A stretch of DNA of 64,000 nt, taken from NCBI GenBank assembly GCA_047601445.1, contig JASGJH010000001.1, positions 8,256,001 to 8,320,000 of the forward strand, read 5' to 3'. This stretch comes from Myxococcales bacterium. Its GTDB lineage: Bacteria; Myxococcota_A; Polyangia; Polyangiales; DASUME01. The notes under the pieces are model-generated. The model was given only the letters and a program-made list of their open reading frames with translations. It ran no database searches and was not told the DNA's origin. Positions within the stretch are counted from its first letter, which is position 1. Every line of letters starts with the position of its first letter. Shown here piece after piece: positions 37,501 through 46,396 of this stretch. The position numbers and the translations under genes were made by a program.

Positions 37501-37760
37501 ACGAGGGACAGCTGATCTCGGACTTCAAGTCCCTCAACGAGAACACTCCCAGCAAGTTCGTGCGGCTCGACGCCAGTGGTGCCTACTTGAAGCCGCCCTT
37601 CGCGTGGTTCGACAGCGGCGGCGTGTCCGGTCGCGAGTTCCTGTGCGTGCGCGACCAGGAAGGTCCCAAGTGCTGGGGCGACAATGCCCTGCGTCAGCTC
37701 GGCCTGGGCCCCGTGTTCACCGATCCGGTCCCCAAGCCCATCCTTCCCTGGACACCATGA
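34587..37760 (+). CDS. RCC1-repeat lipoprotein
   Basis: Lipobox LGAC; GDGDGD linker; many C....G.vyCWG.N..GqLG repeats. Confidence 0.9.
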   Translation: MGSFRSCGLIWLWCLLVALGACGETSEGPTELLVVVDADAELRQRIDAIEVTTQHSQKTIALTSGKDHLPLSFSLAGDPGEEKEVTLRALQAGSALIERRARVLLVRGKRLAWHVYLASACTELAARCAQMGQTCGNCAECVAEELTSQDLVRLTNAGDDGTSLPIPSCEGDEPEPGDGDGDGGGDGDGEGGIDASQPDGVVDAGDGDNPIGSDASTSQLTLLAPRVIAAAKGKPTQVKFRVHAPDTASLPAALGLASDLGSVLASDCTSAAPTQLTSSELELCLVYTRPDAQRSQVVNLTASSGEAVVSAAVEFRMPATRVGVGQIFGAAVLEDGTIQAWGSTMDYRVPNAAATARQVMVSPFGFPGSTGVQDVVLGDAFGCGLTKTGGVYCWGNNSDGRLGRGAFSVGEPGWQSVAGLASGASAIAVGAWHGCAIVSGVLKCWGNAENYQLGPSATSNTNSPINITLPSGYVLDVAAGTGHTCAIVGADQNATSGTLYCWGDNVAGQLGIGSTTASAAPMKTTLRDGEGQEVFASRLAGQGYDACAEAAGKLYCWGSNWGGGTGTGAGEGQVLTPKPVDLPGTLRDFVLGGSMGCALVDESVEGKLERHVYCWGETAAGSFADATTRSNTPKYIANAPSDVEQISLGVENSVCALSHGLVYCWGNNHGGELANNADLEDRKIPTRVPALEALGAIEQISLGRGLDVGSCVRTLDDVWCWGEGWFGELGQGLSAWAAASTTPVKVQNLPAGTLQEVKQEGSYACARVSGSLYCWGRSSPGGGTPSVDSVVAAPFELPSALPVTQIEMGAEDDFFCVLQGTAPDAEVSCFPTYGAPQLDVPFASGNISSISRGQGYGCAIVDGGAQCFGDNGHGRLGHAALSAGFSASAVDVDQIGPSDPVTLVALASKSWRTCALTDQGDLWCWGGDEAPARVFTHKDGDLVTALNGHGDNLCYVRTRDGAEELWCDGGNYEGQLISDFKSLNENTPSKFVRLDASGAYLKPPFAWFDSGGVSGREFLCVRDQEGPKCWGDNALRQLGLGPVFTDPVPKPILPWTP

Positions 37761-37873
37761 TCGCAAAACGCTGCTGAGACTGCGTGCGCTGCTCCGACGT
37801 GGGCCGACGCGCGCGCTTCCATTTGGCATGAGCATGCACCTTGCAGGAGCCACGCAAGCACCTGGAGGCCTGC

Positions 37874-39370
37874 ATGAAGCCCGCGCTCATCCGAACACTC
37901 TTCGGTCTGACTGGCACAGCCCTGCTTGTGGCGGCTGGGGCATGGGCGCAGTCGCAGCCAGCGGCGCGCGCGCCGAACTCGCTGATCAAGGGCAGTGCTT
38001 CCGCGGCGCCCAAGGCCGGCTATCCCTCGCTCGCGGCCACCAAGAAGGCTTACGACGAGTCGGATCTCGATCGCGCCATCCAGGCCTATCGCTTCTTCTA
38101 TCCGAGTGTGTCGGCGGCCGCGATCTTCAAGGGCAACCGCGCGCTCGGGTTGGTCGACAACAAGGTGTTCGGCGTGCAGGAGACCAAGCCGCACCACGTG
38201 GGCTTCACGCTCAACTCAGACACGCCCTATGGTCCCATCTTGCTCGACCTCAAGCAGGGCCCGATGGTCCTCGAGGTGCCGGCAGCGCCGCTGATCGTGA
38301 TCGCCATGGACGCCAACCAACGTTGGGTTGCGGACATGGGCATCCCCGGACCGGAGCAGGGCAAGGGCGCCAAACATCTGATCCTCCCGCCCGACTACGA
38401 AAAGGCCGTGCCCTCCGGCTATCACGTCTGGCGTTCGGGGACGAATCACGTGATCGTCGGGGTGCGTTCACTTCCGCTCCAGGGCGACGTGCAGGGGGCG
38501 CTTGCGCGCATCAAGACAGTGCGCGTCCATCCCCTTCAGCCGCCGGCCGATTGGTCCCAGCCCGAGTGGATCGACCTCAGCGACAAGCCGCAGGACACCA
38601 CGCCGCTCGCCTGGGAGCGCAATCTCGAGTTTTGGCGCGTGTTGCACGAGCTGATCCAGCAGGAGACGCCGTCCGCGGGCGATCCGAACTACTTCGGTGA
38701 GCTGGCCGCCCTCGGCATCGCCAAGGGCAAGCCATTCGCGCCGGACCCACGCATGAAGGGCATCCTGGAGCGCGCTGCCAAGGAAGCCAACGACCGCATG
38801 CGCGTGCAAGCGTTTGCTGACCGCAGACCCGACCGCGTGGTGTGGCCGGATCGACAGTGGGAGTGGATCGGCCTCGTGCCCAGCAACGGGGATTTTGCCA
38901 CCTACGCGTACACGGATCTGGAGGCGCGCGAGACTTGGTTCTACCAGGCCATCGGCGCGTCGCCCGCGATGTTCCGGCGCACGTCGGGAGCAGGCTCGCT
39001 CTATTGGCTGGCCGCGCGTGATGCACAGAGCGCCTATCTGGACGGCGGCAAGACCTACAAACTCGTGGTTCCCATACCGGTGCCTGGCAAGCTGTTCTGG
39101 TCGGTCACGGCCTACGACGCGGAGACGCGCAGCCAGGTGAACACCGACCAGGGGCGTGCTGCGCTGCGCTCGATGTTCGAGCTCCAACATCTCGGCGCGA
39201 ACTCCGGCGAGCTCTACTTCGGGCCCACGCTCCCCAAGGGAGTGCCTTCCGAGCGTTGGATCAAGACCGTGCCTGGCCGAGGCTGGTTTGCTTACTTTCG
39301 CGTCTACGGTCCCGAGCCGTCGGCCTTCGATGGGACATGGAAGCCCGGCGATCTCGAGCCGGTGAAGTAG
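37874..39370 (+). CDS. DUF1254/DUF1214 domain secreted protein
   Basis: TLNSDTPY, LDLKQGPMVLEVP, GIAKGKPFAPD, YLDGGKTYKL, FWSVTAYD, WFAYFRVYGP. Confidence 0.88.
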   Translation: MKPALIRTLFGLTGTALLVAAGAWAQSQPAARAPNSLIKGSASAAPKAGYPSLAATKKAYDESDLDRAIQAYRFFYPSVSAAAIFKGNRALGLVDNKVFGVQETKPHHVGFTLNSDTPYGPILLDLKQGPMVLEVPAAPLIVIAMDANQRWVADMGIPGPEQGKGAKHLILPPDYEKAVPSGYHVWRSGTNHVIVGVRSLPLQGDVQGALARIKTVRVHPLQPPADWSQPEWIDLSDKPQDTTPLAWERNLEFWRVLHELIQQETPSAGDPNYFGELAALGIAKGKPFAPDPRMKGILERAAKEANDRMRVQAFADRRPDRVVWPDRQWEWIGLVPSNGDFATYAYTDLEARETWFYQAIGASPAMFRRTSGAGSLYWLAARDAQSAYLDGGKTYKLVVPIPVPGKLFWSVTAYDAETRSQVNTDQGRAALRSMFELQHLGANSGELYFGPTLPKGVPSERWIKTVPGRGWFAYFRVYGPEPSAFDGTWKPGDLEPVK

Positions 39371-39522
39371 CGCGCACGCAGCGCCGCGCGTGGCGAATGG
39401 CGTGCGCATCTCCTGCAGCAAACAAAGCAAGGCCAGCTCAAGGTCTACTACAAGGGGGCGCCGCACGGCCTGATGGTCACCCACCGGGAGCAGCTGCACG
39501 CCGACCTACTCGAGTTTATCCG

Positions 39523-40206
39523 TTAGGCGGCGCGCCCGAGCACGCTCGCCAGCTGCTGGGACAGGTCATCGAATACCTTCGGGGCGAGCACTTGGCGCGC
39601 GAGCTGGATCACTGCCTCGAAGGCCTCGCGGGGCGCGTTCGCGCCCATGCCGAGCAGCATGCCGGTGCGCTCGCTGCCGTTCAGGGCAGGCAACATGTAG
39701 CTGAGCCAGCGCATCATCTCTTCGGGTGGCACGCTGGCCACGAGCTTGTCGTGCACCTCGATGAGGGTGGTGTCGTCGAGGGCGGCGTACAATGCCGGCA
39801 TCGCCAGCATCTCTTCGTCGGCCATGTGATCCAGTTGGTCGGCCATGTAGCGGCTCAGGGCCATGCAGAACTCCGCGCCACGCTCGGCCGCATCACTGCC
39901 AGTGGGATCGATCGCGGCGAGAGCCGCCTCCAGCCTGGGCATAGTGTCGTGCTGGTCTTCGTGGGCAGCGTCGAGGCGACGGGCGATTTCGGGGGCGTAG
40001 AGGGCGAGCAGCGGCATCACGTGCGCGTCTTCATGGTGCGCGTGGGACGCCAGCATCCCGAAGTCGTGCTGAACGCGCTCGCGAAGGCGCTCGAGCTCTG
40101 ACGGACGCGAGAAGTCCGTGGCACCTGCGAGCGACGAGAGCTGGCCGAGCAAGGAGCGGACGGCCTTGTGGATGGAGCGATACAAGTGAGAGCGAGGGTC
40201 GTGCAT
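39523..40206 (-). CDS. hemerythrin-like domain protein
   Basis: IHKAVR, HAHHED, HEDQH, HMADEE. Confidence 0.8.
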   Translation of the reverse strand: MHDPRSHLYRSIHKAVRSLLGQLSSLAGATDFSRPSELERLRERVQHDFGMLASHAHHEDAHVMPLLALYAPEIARRLDAAHEDQHDTMPRLEAALAAIDPTGSDAAERGAEFCMALSRYMADQLDHMADEEMLAMPALYAALDDTTLIEVHDKLVASVPPEEMMRWLSYMLPALNGSERTGMLLGMGANAPREAFEAVIQLARQVLAPKVFDDLSQQLASVLGRAA

Positions 40207-40322
40207 GGAGGAACTCCGGAAAGCGAGTCCGCGGTGTTCGTGCGCCGCGGACGATGATGACGTTTGTGCCTCCAAGTACGGCTCGACTCCATGCGCGACT
40301 TCCTGGGGCGAATCCTTAGAAG

Positions 40323-40350
40323 TTCCTAGAGAGTTCCTAAGATCTTCCTA
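40323..40350. promoter_or_regulatory. TTCCTA direct repeats at 11-bp period (candidate regulator-binding site)
   Basis: TTCCTA at 40323, 40334 and 40345, upstream of the hemerythrin gene. Confidence 0.55.
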
Positions 40351-40365
40351 TGTGGTCAATTTTCG

Positions 40366-40749
40366 GGGAGGTCACGCGACCTCCCCGCCCGTCGCGGCAA
40401 AGCCGCGCCGGGGCCCACCCCACCGCGAGGTTCGCTTCGCTCACGTGGCGTTCTCGTCGTCCCACTGGGAGGTCACGCGACCTCCCCGCCCGTCGCGGCA
40501 AAGCCGCGCCGGGGCCCACCCCACCACGAGGTTCGCTTCGCTCACGTGGCGTTCTCGTCGTCCCACTGGGAGGTCACGCGACCTCCCCGCCCGTCGCGGC
40601 AAAGCCGCGCCGGGGCCCACCCCACCGCGAGGTTCGCTTCGCTCACGTGGCGTTCTCGTCGTCCCACTGGGAGGTCACGCGACCTCCCCGCCCGTCGCGG
40701 CAAAGCCGCGCCGGGGCCCACCCCACCGCGAGGTTCGCTTCGCTCACGT
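40366..40749 (+). repeat. tandem array of the REP-like element, 101-bp period (three full units plus one lacking the linker)
   Basis: Units start at 40366, 40467, 40568 and 40669; linkers identical; one substitution seen in unit 2. Confidence 0.95.
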
Positions 40750-40929
40750 CGTGGGTGGCAATTTCTAGCCCACCTGGGTGACCCGAGAGCCAGCCCGGGG
40801 GTTTTGCGCGGGTCCCCGAATTATTGCTTAGAGATCGCTTGAGAAAAGCTGGCCGGTCCAACGACTGATGGGGCGTCCGACGGCTTGCGCCGCTTTCTGC
40901 GCGAGCCCTCTTGCTCGAGGAAAGCCACG

Positions 40930-42252
40930 ATGAACTCTTCCTACCGTCTTGGACGGGCTGGGTATCGCCATGCCTTGTTCGCCCTCTCGTTAGCTTCCGC
41001 ACTGACCGCTTGCGGCGATTCCGAGCAAGTTGGGCAAAACCACTCGGCCATCAGCGACAGCGTGTGGTGCGACGCGCGGAAGGTCTTGAGTGAGCGCTGC
41101 GTGGCTTGCCACGACGGTCGCGGCACCGGCGGCTCGCCGATGGGACTCTCGACGTACAGCGAGATGATGGCCGACTCCCCCGAGAAGCCCGGTCAGAAGG
41201 TCTGGGAACGCATGAAGGTGCGCTTGCACGCGGACAAGGCCAAGGCCGAAGGTCTGGGGCCCATGCCGCCGCAGAACGACCTTACCAAGGACGAGCTAGA
41301 TGCGCTCGACACCTGGCTGGCCGCCGGCGCGCCCACGGGCGACGAGACGCAGTGCGCACTGGATGCGGTGCCCGACGAGGACCTGGAGCAGTACTGGCCC
41401 GCGTCTCAATGCGACGAGGTCTACCGAGTGGTGGCCACGGACGGGCAAGGAGGAAAGTTCCAGGTGCCCGTGGGCGAGAACCATCCGCAGGTCATGGTCG
41501 ATGCTCCCTGGGGCGACGAGGACGTGCAGGCCATCGCGTTCCGGCCGATTACCGACAACGCCAAGGTGCTGCATCACTGGATCCTCTATGACGCCGGTGA
41601 AGGCACCCTCACCTTTGGTCAAATCGGCTCTGGTCCCTTCCTCACCGGCTGGGCCCCTGGCGACAACCTGCACAAGGCCTTCCCGCCCAACGTGGGCATG
41701 ACGATGCCCAAGGGGAAGCAGAGCCTGCGCCTCGACATGCACTACTTCAACACCGCTTCGGACGCGAAGATCGAAGAGGACGCCAGCGGCGTGGAGATCT
41801 GCGTGGTCAAGGGCGAGCACATGCGCCCCGAGGCCGCCGCGGTCTCGCAGCGCTTCTCCAACATCACCAACCTCCAGATCCCCCCGCAAGTGGCCGACTA
41901 CGCGATCACCAGCGATTGCAAGGTCGTCACCACCGAGCCCGTGCACCTGATGACGGCCTCGCCCCACGCCCACAAGCTGGCCGTGCACATGAAGTTCACG
42001 GTGAAGAAGGCGAGCGGCGAAGAGATCGTGATGCACGACGGAGACTTCCAGTTCGGCGAACAAGCGTCCTACGAACTGGCTCCCGAGGTCGTACTCGAAA
42101 CCGGCGACGTGGTGACCACGACCTGCGTGTACACGAACACCACGGATCAGACGGTGACCTTCGGCGAGAGCACCACCAGCGAGATGTGCTTCAACTTCGC
42201 GGTGTACTACCCCTCGGGCGCCTTGAGCTGCAAGGGCTCCTTCTCCTTCTGA
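40930..42252 (+). CDS. lipoprotein fusing a c-type cytochrome to a copper type II monooxygenase (PHM/DBH-like)
   Basis: Lipobox LTAC; CVACH..PMPP; LHHWIL, DMHY, PHAH, SEMC copper ligands. Confidence 0.82.
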   Translation: MNSSYRLGRAGYRHALFALSLASALTACGDSEQVGQNHSAISDSVWCDARKVLSERCVACHDGRGTGGSPMGLSTYSEMMADSPEKPGQKVWERMKVRLHADKAKAEGLGPMPPQNDLTKDELDALDTWLAAGAPTGDETQCALDAVPDEDLEQYWPASQCDEVYRVVATDGQGGKFQVPVGENHPQVMVDAPWGDEDVQAIAFRPITDNAKVLHHWILYDAGEGTLTFGQIGSGPFLTGWAPGDNLHKAFPPNVGMTMPKGKQSLRLDMHYFNTASDAKIEEDASGVEICVVKGEHMRPEAAAVSQRFSNITNLQIPPQVADYAITSDCKVVTTEPVHLMTASPHAHKLAVHMKFTVKKASGEEIVMHDGDFQFGEQASYELAPEVVLETGDVVTTTCVYTNTTDQTVTFGESTTSEMCFNFAVYYPSGALSCKGSFSF

Positions 42253-42334
42253 GGCAGAAGCCCGAGGCGGCCGTCCGCGAGTACGCCCCGCGGATGGTCG
42301 CAGGGGCGCGTGCTCATGTTCGCTGCTCCTTTCG

Positions 42335-42808
42335 CTAGACGCGAGAGAGCAGCTCTTTGACCATCTCGACGCAAGGAATGGCAACTCCGTTGGTCAGACG
42401 ATTCACCGAATCGCAGCGTCGGACGTAACCGAGGCGCTCGTAAAAGCCAGCGGCGTTGAGTGTCGAGTTGAGACGAACCTGGGATGAGCCTCGGCCAGCG
42501 ATGAGTCCTTCGAGATGCGTGACCAGGCCCGTTCCCACGTGCCGGTTCACGCATCGAGGATCGACGTAGACGGCATTGATCAGTGCCTCTTGTCGGTCGC
42601 AAACGCCGAAGCCGAGGAGAACATGGTCATGTTCGTCCACGATGCACTCGCTCCGTTCCATGAGTGCCGGATAAACTTCGGGCACCAAGGGGGCAAGCCA
42701 GGCCACGAGCTGATCACGCTCATAGTGCCTACAGCACAGGGCCTCGATGGAGGCGCGGTGCAGTTCAGCGAGAGCCTGGGCATCTTGGGTTCGGGCAATC
42801 CGAATCAT
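42335..42808 (-). CDS. GNAT family N-acetyltransferase
   Basis: VYVDP....HVGTGL, STLNAAGFYERLGY. Confidence 0.85.
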   Translation of the reverse strand: MIRIARTQDAQALAELHRASIEALCCRHYERDQLVAWLAPLVPEVYPALMERSECIVDEHDHVLLGFGVCDRQEALINAVYVDPRCVNRHVGTGLVTHLEGLIAGRGSSQVRLNSTLNAAGFYERLGYVRRCDSVNRLTNGVAIPCVEMVKELLSRV

Positions 42809-42922
42809 CGCAGGATGAAAGGGTGCCCGCTCGCCCTAGACCGCGCAAACGCCCGATGTACGACCCGGCTGGGGAGCCAAGTTCGGCCGCGCATCAGGGC
42901 GAAGGGGACGCTTTTTCGCAGG

Positions 42923-44332
42923 TTACTTGAACAGGGAGCCCTGTTCGTTCGCTTCATCCTGGAGGATCTTCGCGACCCACTCCGCGATGCTCAGTTCGTT
43001 GTCGTTCTTGGTGAAGAACTCGGGACGCCACAGGTGCATGTGCTTGCCGCCCGCGAGCGTGTAGAAGCCCACGGTGCCGCGCTTGGTCACGTTGGTGAGC
43101 ACGTCCTGAAGGCCCATCGTGAACTTCTCGACCGAGTAGGCACCGCCGTTGGCGATGGACTGCTCCACGGTGTTGGAGAAGGGATCGACGGTGCAGTTGT
43201 TCTCGCCCGGCGCGTAGAAGGCGCGGATGATCTCGTCGCCCACGCTGGAGATCATGCCGCCCATCATGCGGTCCTTGTACTTCTCGTGGAAGAGCCACTG
43301 CCCGTAGCCCGTCACGATGCCACCGCCGTCGCTGTTGAAGCAGCCTTCGCAGTCCTTGGGCAGGATCTCGTCGAGGCCCCAGGTATCGCGCCAACGCTTC
43401 TGCAGGCAGGGAGCCATGAAGGCGTCCTGGAACGGCACGCCCGAGTCGCTGATGGCATAGACCTTGGCCTTGCCGCGCTTCTTGAACCATTCGACGGTGT
43501 AGTCGGCGTTGAAGAGCGTTCCGAAGCCGCCGGCGCTGGAGCCCGTGAGCAGCACCTTGCCCGCATCCTTGAAGGTGGGGCCGAAGCTGTCGAGCATCTT
43601 CTCGTAGTTGCGGCGACCCATGAAATTCTGGGGCTTGTCGAGGCCCTCGATCATCACGTTCTCGCGCGTGCCGGCGTGGATGTCTCCCGTGCAGTACGGG
43701 ATGTAGATCATGCTCCACTTGGCCGCCGGATTCGTGGCATCGGCGCGCTTGAAGATGCCCTCTTCGGGAGCCTTCTGCTTGCCGCGCAGGGAGAGGTTCT
43801 CAGCGCCCTCGATGCCTACGAGCAACTCGGGAAAGCCATGGATCAACGACTCGATGGGGAAGTCGTAGTTGACGTTCGTGGGGTTCAAGTTGCAGAAGAA
43901 CTTGTCCGCACAGGCGCCACCGCCGTTGAGATAGATGAGCAGGTTGTTCTCGGTGCCCTTGCGGTAGAAGTAGCCCGCAGGCGAGCCGTCGCGGCAGAGG
44001 GTGGTCTTCATGGACACCCAGGTCCAGTCGTTGTCGTCCGGGGCACCGGTGGGCAGGGAGCCGTCGGTGGGCAGGTCTGGATCGGTGTCCTGGCCACCCA
44101 TCTCCATGCCGCTATCGCCGTCGCCCGTATCGCCATCGCCGATGTCGCCATGGCCCGTGTCGCCGTCGCCGGTATCACCATCGCCGGTGTCCCCGTCGCC
44201 GTCCCCATCGCCGTCGCCGTCGCCGGTGGCGGGCTGGCCACCTTGTTGGCGGCTCGGCTCCTCGGCACAAGCGGCCAGGCCAGAAGTCAGAGTGGAAAGC
44301 CCAATGAACCAAGCAACTGCGCGCAAACTCAT
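42923..44332 (-). CDS. pectin acetylesterase-family (Notum-like) lipoprotein
   Basis: LAAC; GDGDT linker; CRDGSPAG, IYLNGGGAC, IPYCTGDIHAG, LTGSSAGG. Confidence 0.85.
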   Translation of the reverse strand: MSLRAVAWFIGLSTLTSGLAACAEEPSRQQGGQPATGDGDGDGDGDGDTGDGDTGDGDTGHGDIGDGDTGDGDSGMEMGGQDTDPDLPTDGSLPTGAPDDNDWTWVSMKTTLCRDGSPAGYFYRKGTENNLLIYLNGGGACADKFFCNLNPTNVNYDFPIESLIHGFPELLVGIEGAENLSLRGKQKAPEEGIFKRADATNPAAKWSMIYIPYCTGDIHAGTRENVMIEGLDKPQNFMGRRNYEKMLDSFGPTFKDAGKVLLTGSSAGGFGTLFNADYTVEWFKKRGKAKVYAISDSGVPFQDAFMAPCLQKRWRDTWGLDEILPKDCEGCFNSDGGGIVTGYGQWLFHEKYKDRMMGGMISSVGDEIIRAFYAPGENNCTVDPFSNTVEQSIANGGAYSVEKFTMGLQDVLTNVTKRGTVGFYTLAGGKHMHLWRPEFFTKNDNELSIAEWVAKILQDEANEQGSLFK

Positions 44333-44457
44333 CGAAATCACCCCGTTCTAAGGAAGCGCGACCGGGGCACGAATGCGTCCGGTACGGCCGAGCCAAGCAG
44401 CGGTCGACCATACGGCGGGTCCCAGGAACGAAGTGCTCAACCGGTTTGCCGAATCGC

Positions 44458-45498
44458 TCAAAAGGCTCGGCCGGGACCTCCGCCCAGCTGCTTCCGGAAT
44501 TCGGCGGGGCCGGTCCCGTGCCAGCGCCGAAAGGCCTTGTGGAAGCTGGCTACGTTCGAGAACCCCAAAAGGAAGGCCACCTCACTGATCGGCAGGCTCC
44601 GGTCTTCGAGGTATCGCGAGGCAAGCTCACGACGCACTTCATCGACGATTTGCCGATGCCCGGTGCCTTCCTCCTCCAGTCGCCGCCGCAAGGTTGGACC
44701 ACTCATCGCCATGGCCTTGGCGACCCACAACAGGCTGGCCTCGCCGCGAGACAGGTTCTCGACGACGAGCGCGCGCACCCGGCCCGTCACGCCCTCTTGC
44801 TTGCGTGACCCCTCGAGGAGCTCGTTCACATGAGCGGCGTAGGTTGCATGGACGACCGCGTTCGCATGGACCAGAGGCGCGTCCAGGTAGGCGCGCGGGA
44901 AGACGATGGCGTTGAACGGCATGCCGAGGCGCACCGGACAGCGAAAGACGCGCTGATAGTCGGCTTCACTCGTCGGCGCCGCGTGGGCAAAGTGCACCTC
45001 GATGGGATCCTCGTCTTGCCCGGTATAGCGGCGTGCAAGGCTGGTGTAGACGGAGAGCTCGAAATCATTGGCCGCCGGGGGTTGATTGAGGCCCTCGGCC
45101 ACACGAAACTCCCAGACCGCAACGTCCTCCTTCTCCACGAGCCGGGAATCCGCAGAATCGTTCATCAGGCGCAAGTAGCGAGTGGCACAGTGGGCAGCGT
45201 CTCGAAGCGTGGCACAGGTGCTGGCGGCGTATTCGAGGACGCCCAGATCGCTGGGCCCGAATTGTTCAGCGGCTTTCATCCCTAGCCCGGGATCGACGCA
45301 GAGGTCGACCGCACGGGCGAGCAGATGCATCGCCGGATCGTGCGGGACGCGTTTGTCGGGATCGCTGAACTCTTGCACTCCGATGCGGGCCTCGGCGAGC
45401 AGCTCCAGGCCCCTGGGGTGCAGCGCAATGATGCGAGCAAAAGGCCAAAGTAGGCGGATGGAAATCGTGGGGTTTGGGACGGGACGTCGCTCGGACAT
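44458..45498 (-). CDS. AraC family transcriptional regulator
   Basis: MSGPTLRRRLEEEGT, ISEVAFLLGFSNVASFHKAFRRWHG. Confidence 0.92.
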   Translation of the reverse strand: MSERRPVPNPTISIRLLWPFARIIALHPRGLELLAEARIGVQEFSDPDKRVPHDPAMHLLARAVDLCVDPGLGMKAAEQFGPSDLGVLEYAASTCATLRDAAHCATRYLRLMNDSADSRLVEKEDVAVWEFRVAEGLNQPPAANDFELSVYTSLARRYTGQDEDPIEVHFAHAAPTSEADYQRVFRCPVRLGMPFNAIVFPRAYLDAPLVHANAVVHATYAAHVNELLEGSRKQEGVTGRVRALVVENLSRGEASLLWVAKAMAMSGPTLRRRLEEEGTGHRQIVDEVRRELASRYLEDRSLPISEVAFLLGFSNVASFHKAFRRWHGTGPAEFRKQLGGGPGRAF

Positions 45499-45561
45499 GG
45501 GTCGCTGGCTCTTGGCGAGGTTGCTCGATGGTAGCAGGTGCCGCGTTCCTCCGTGGATCCT

Positions 45562-46044
45562 CTACGTTACGGCGACGTCCACCATGGTCGGCCCGAGCAC
45601 GCGCACGAGCTCGCTCGGCGCGAGGGTGACCAAGAAGCCCCGGGCGCCGCCGTTGATGTGGATCTCCACGAGGTCCAACACGCTGCGCTGCAGATAGATG
45701 GGCATCGCCCTGCGTAGGCCGAATGGCGAGGTGCCGCCCACCTGGTAGCCCGAATGTTTGTCGGCGGTGGCAGGGCTACAGGGAGCGACGCTCTTGGCAC
45801 CGACTTGGCGCGCAAGGTTCTTGGCCGACACCTCGTGGTCTCCGTGCATGAGGATGCACAACGGCTGCTTGCGTTCGTCCTCGAAGATCAACGTCTTCAC
45901 CACGGCGTGCTCGTCGAGCCCCAGCGCCTCCGAAGAGGCGCGCGTGCCGCCGTGCGGGGTCCACTTGTAGAGGTGCGGCTCGAATGGGACCTGGTGCTGT
46001 CGAAGAACCCGCACCGCCATGGTGGTCGGGTAGTCGGTGGCCAT
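45562..46044 (-). CDS. ybaK: Cys-tRNA(Pro) deacylase, YbaK/EbsC family
   Basis: VVKTLI, SGYQVGGTSPFG, INGGARG. Confidence 0.88.
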   Translation of the reverse strand: MATDYPTTMAVRVLRQHQVPFEPHLYKWTPHGGTRASSEALGLDEHAVVKTLIFEDERKQPLCILMHGDHEVSAKNLARQVGAKSVAPCSPATADKHSGYQVGGTSPFGLRRAMPIYLQRSVLDLVEIHINGGARGFLVTLAPSELVRVLGPTMVDVAVT

Positions 46045-46237
46045 GCCCCGGAGTGTAGCGGGGTCTGCGGCCCGTGACGGCGCGTCCCGGCTGCGGCTGC
46101 GCCGAAAAAATTCGCCGGGATCGCAGCGGGCGCGTCGTGGAAGCGGACCTTCGGTGCGGCTTTGGGATTGCATGGCGGCCCACGCGCATACCTACGAGCG
46201 TGTCCGTGCGGGATTCACAGCCTGACAGGAAATGAAC

Positions 46238-46396
46238 ATGCGTCGCAGGTTCGTCATGCTGTTCGTGATCACGGGCCTGAGCTGCGCACACCAGCCTGCC
46301 TCCGGCTTAGCGGCTCGCCCGCAGCCAGCCTCCGCGGAGCGTGGCGGTGACGTCGAACTCGGGACCGCCACCTCGGCGCCAGGAGAGATGCCATGA
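46238..46396 (+). CDS. small putative lipoprotein (52 aa, below the ORF-track cutoff)
   Basis: MRRRFVMLFVITGLSC signal and lipobox; AGGA upstream; ATGA overlap with the next gene. Confidence 0.5.
   Translation: MRRRFVMLFVITGLSCAHQPASGLAARPQPASAERGGDVELGTATSAPGEMP

Noticed and set aside
37824..37838. Sigma54 promoter before the DUF1254 gene (TGGCATGAGCATGCA)
   Set aside because: GG-to-GC spacing is 9 nt rather than the required 10
40366..40749. CRISPR array
   Set aside because: The repeat is about 80 bp, the linkers are identical rather than unique spacers, no cas genes are present, and single copies are dispersed elsewhere
40205..40842. ORFs with repeated peptide motifs
   Set aside because: Translations of the 101-bp DNA array; the period is not a multiple of three
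42515..44833. 772-aa plus-strand ORF and similar long shadow ORFs (11805-13202, 13514-15358, 36342-37853)
   Set aside because: Antisense to well-supported genes; typical stop-codon scarcity in high-GC DNA
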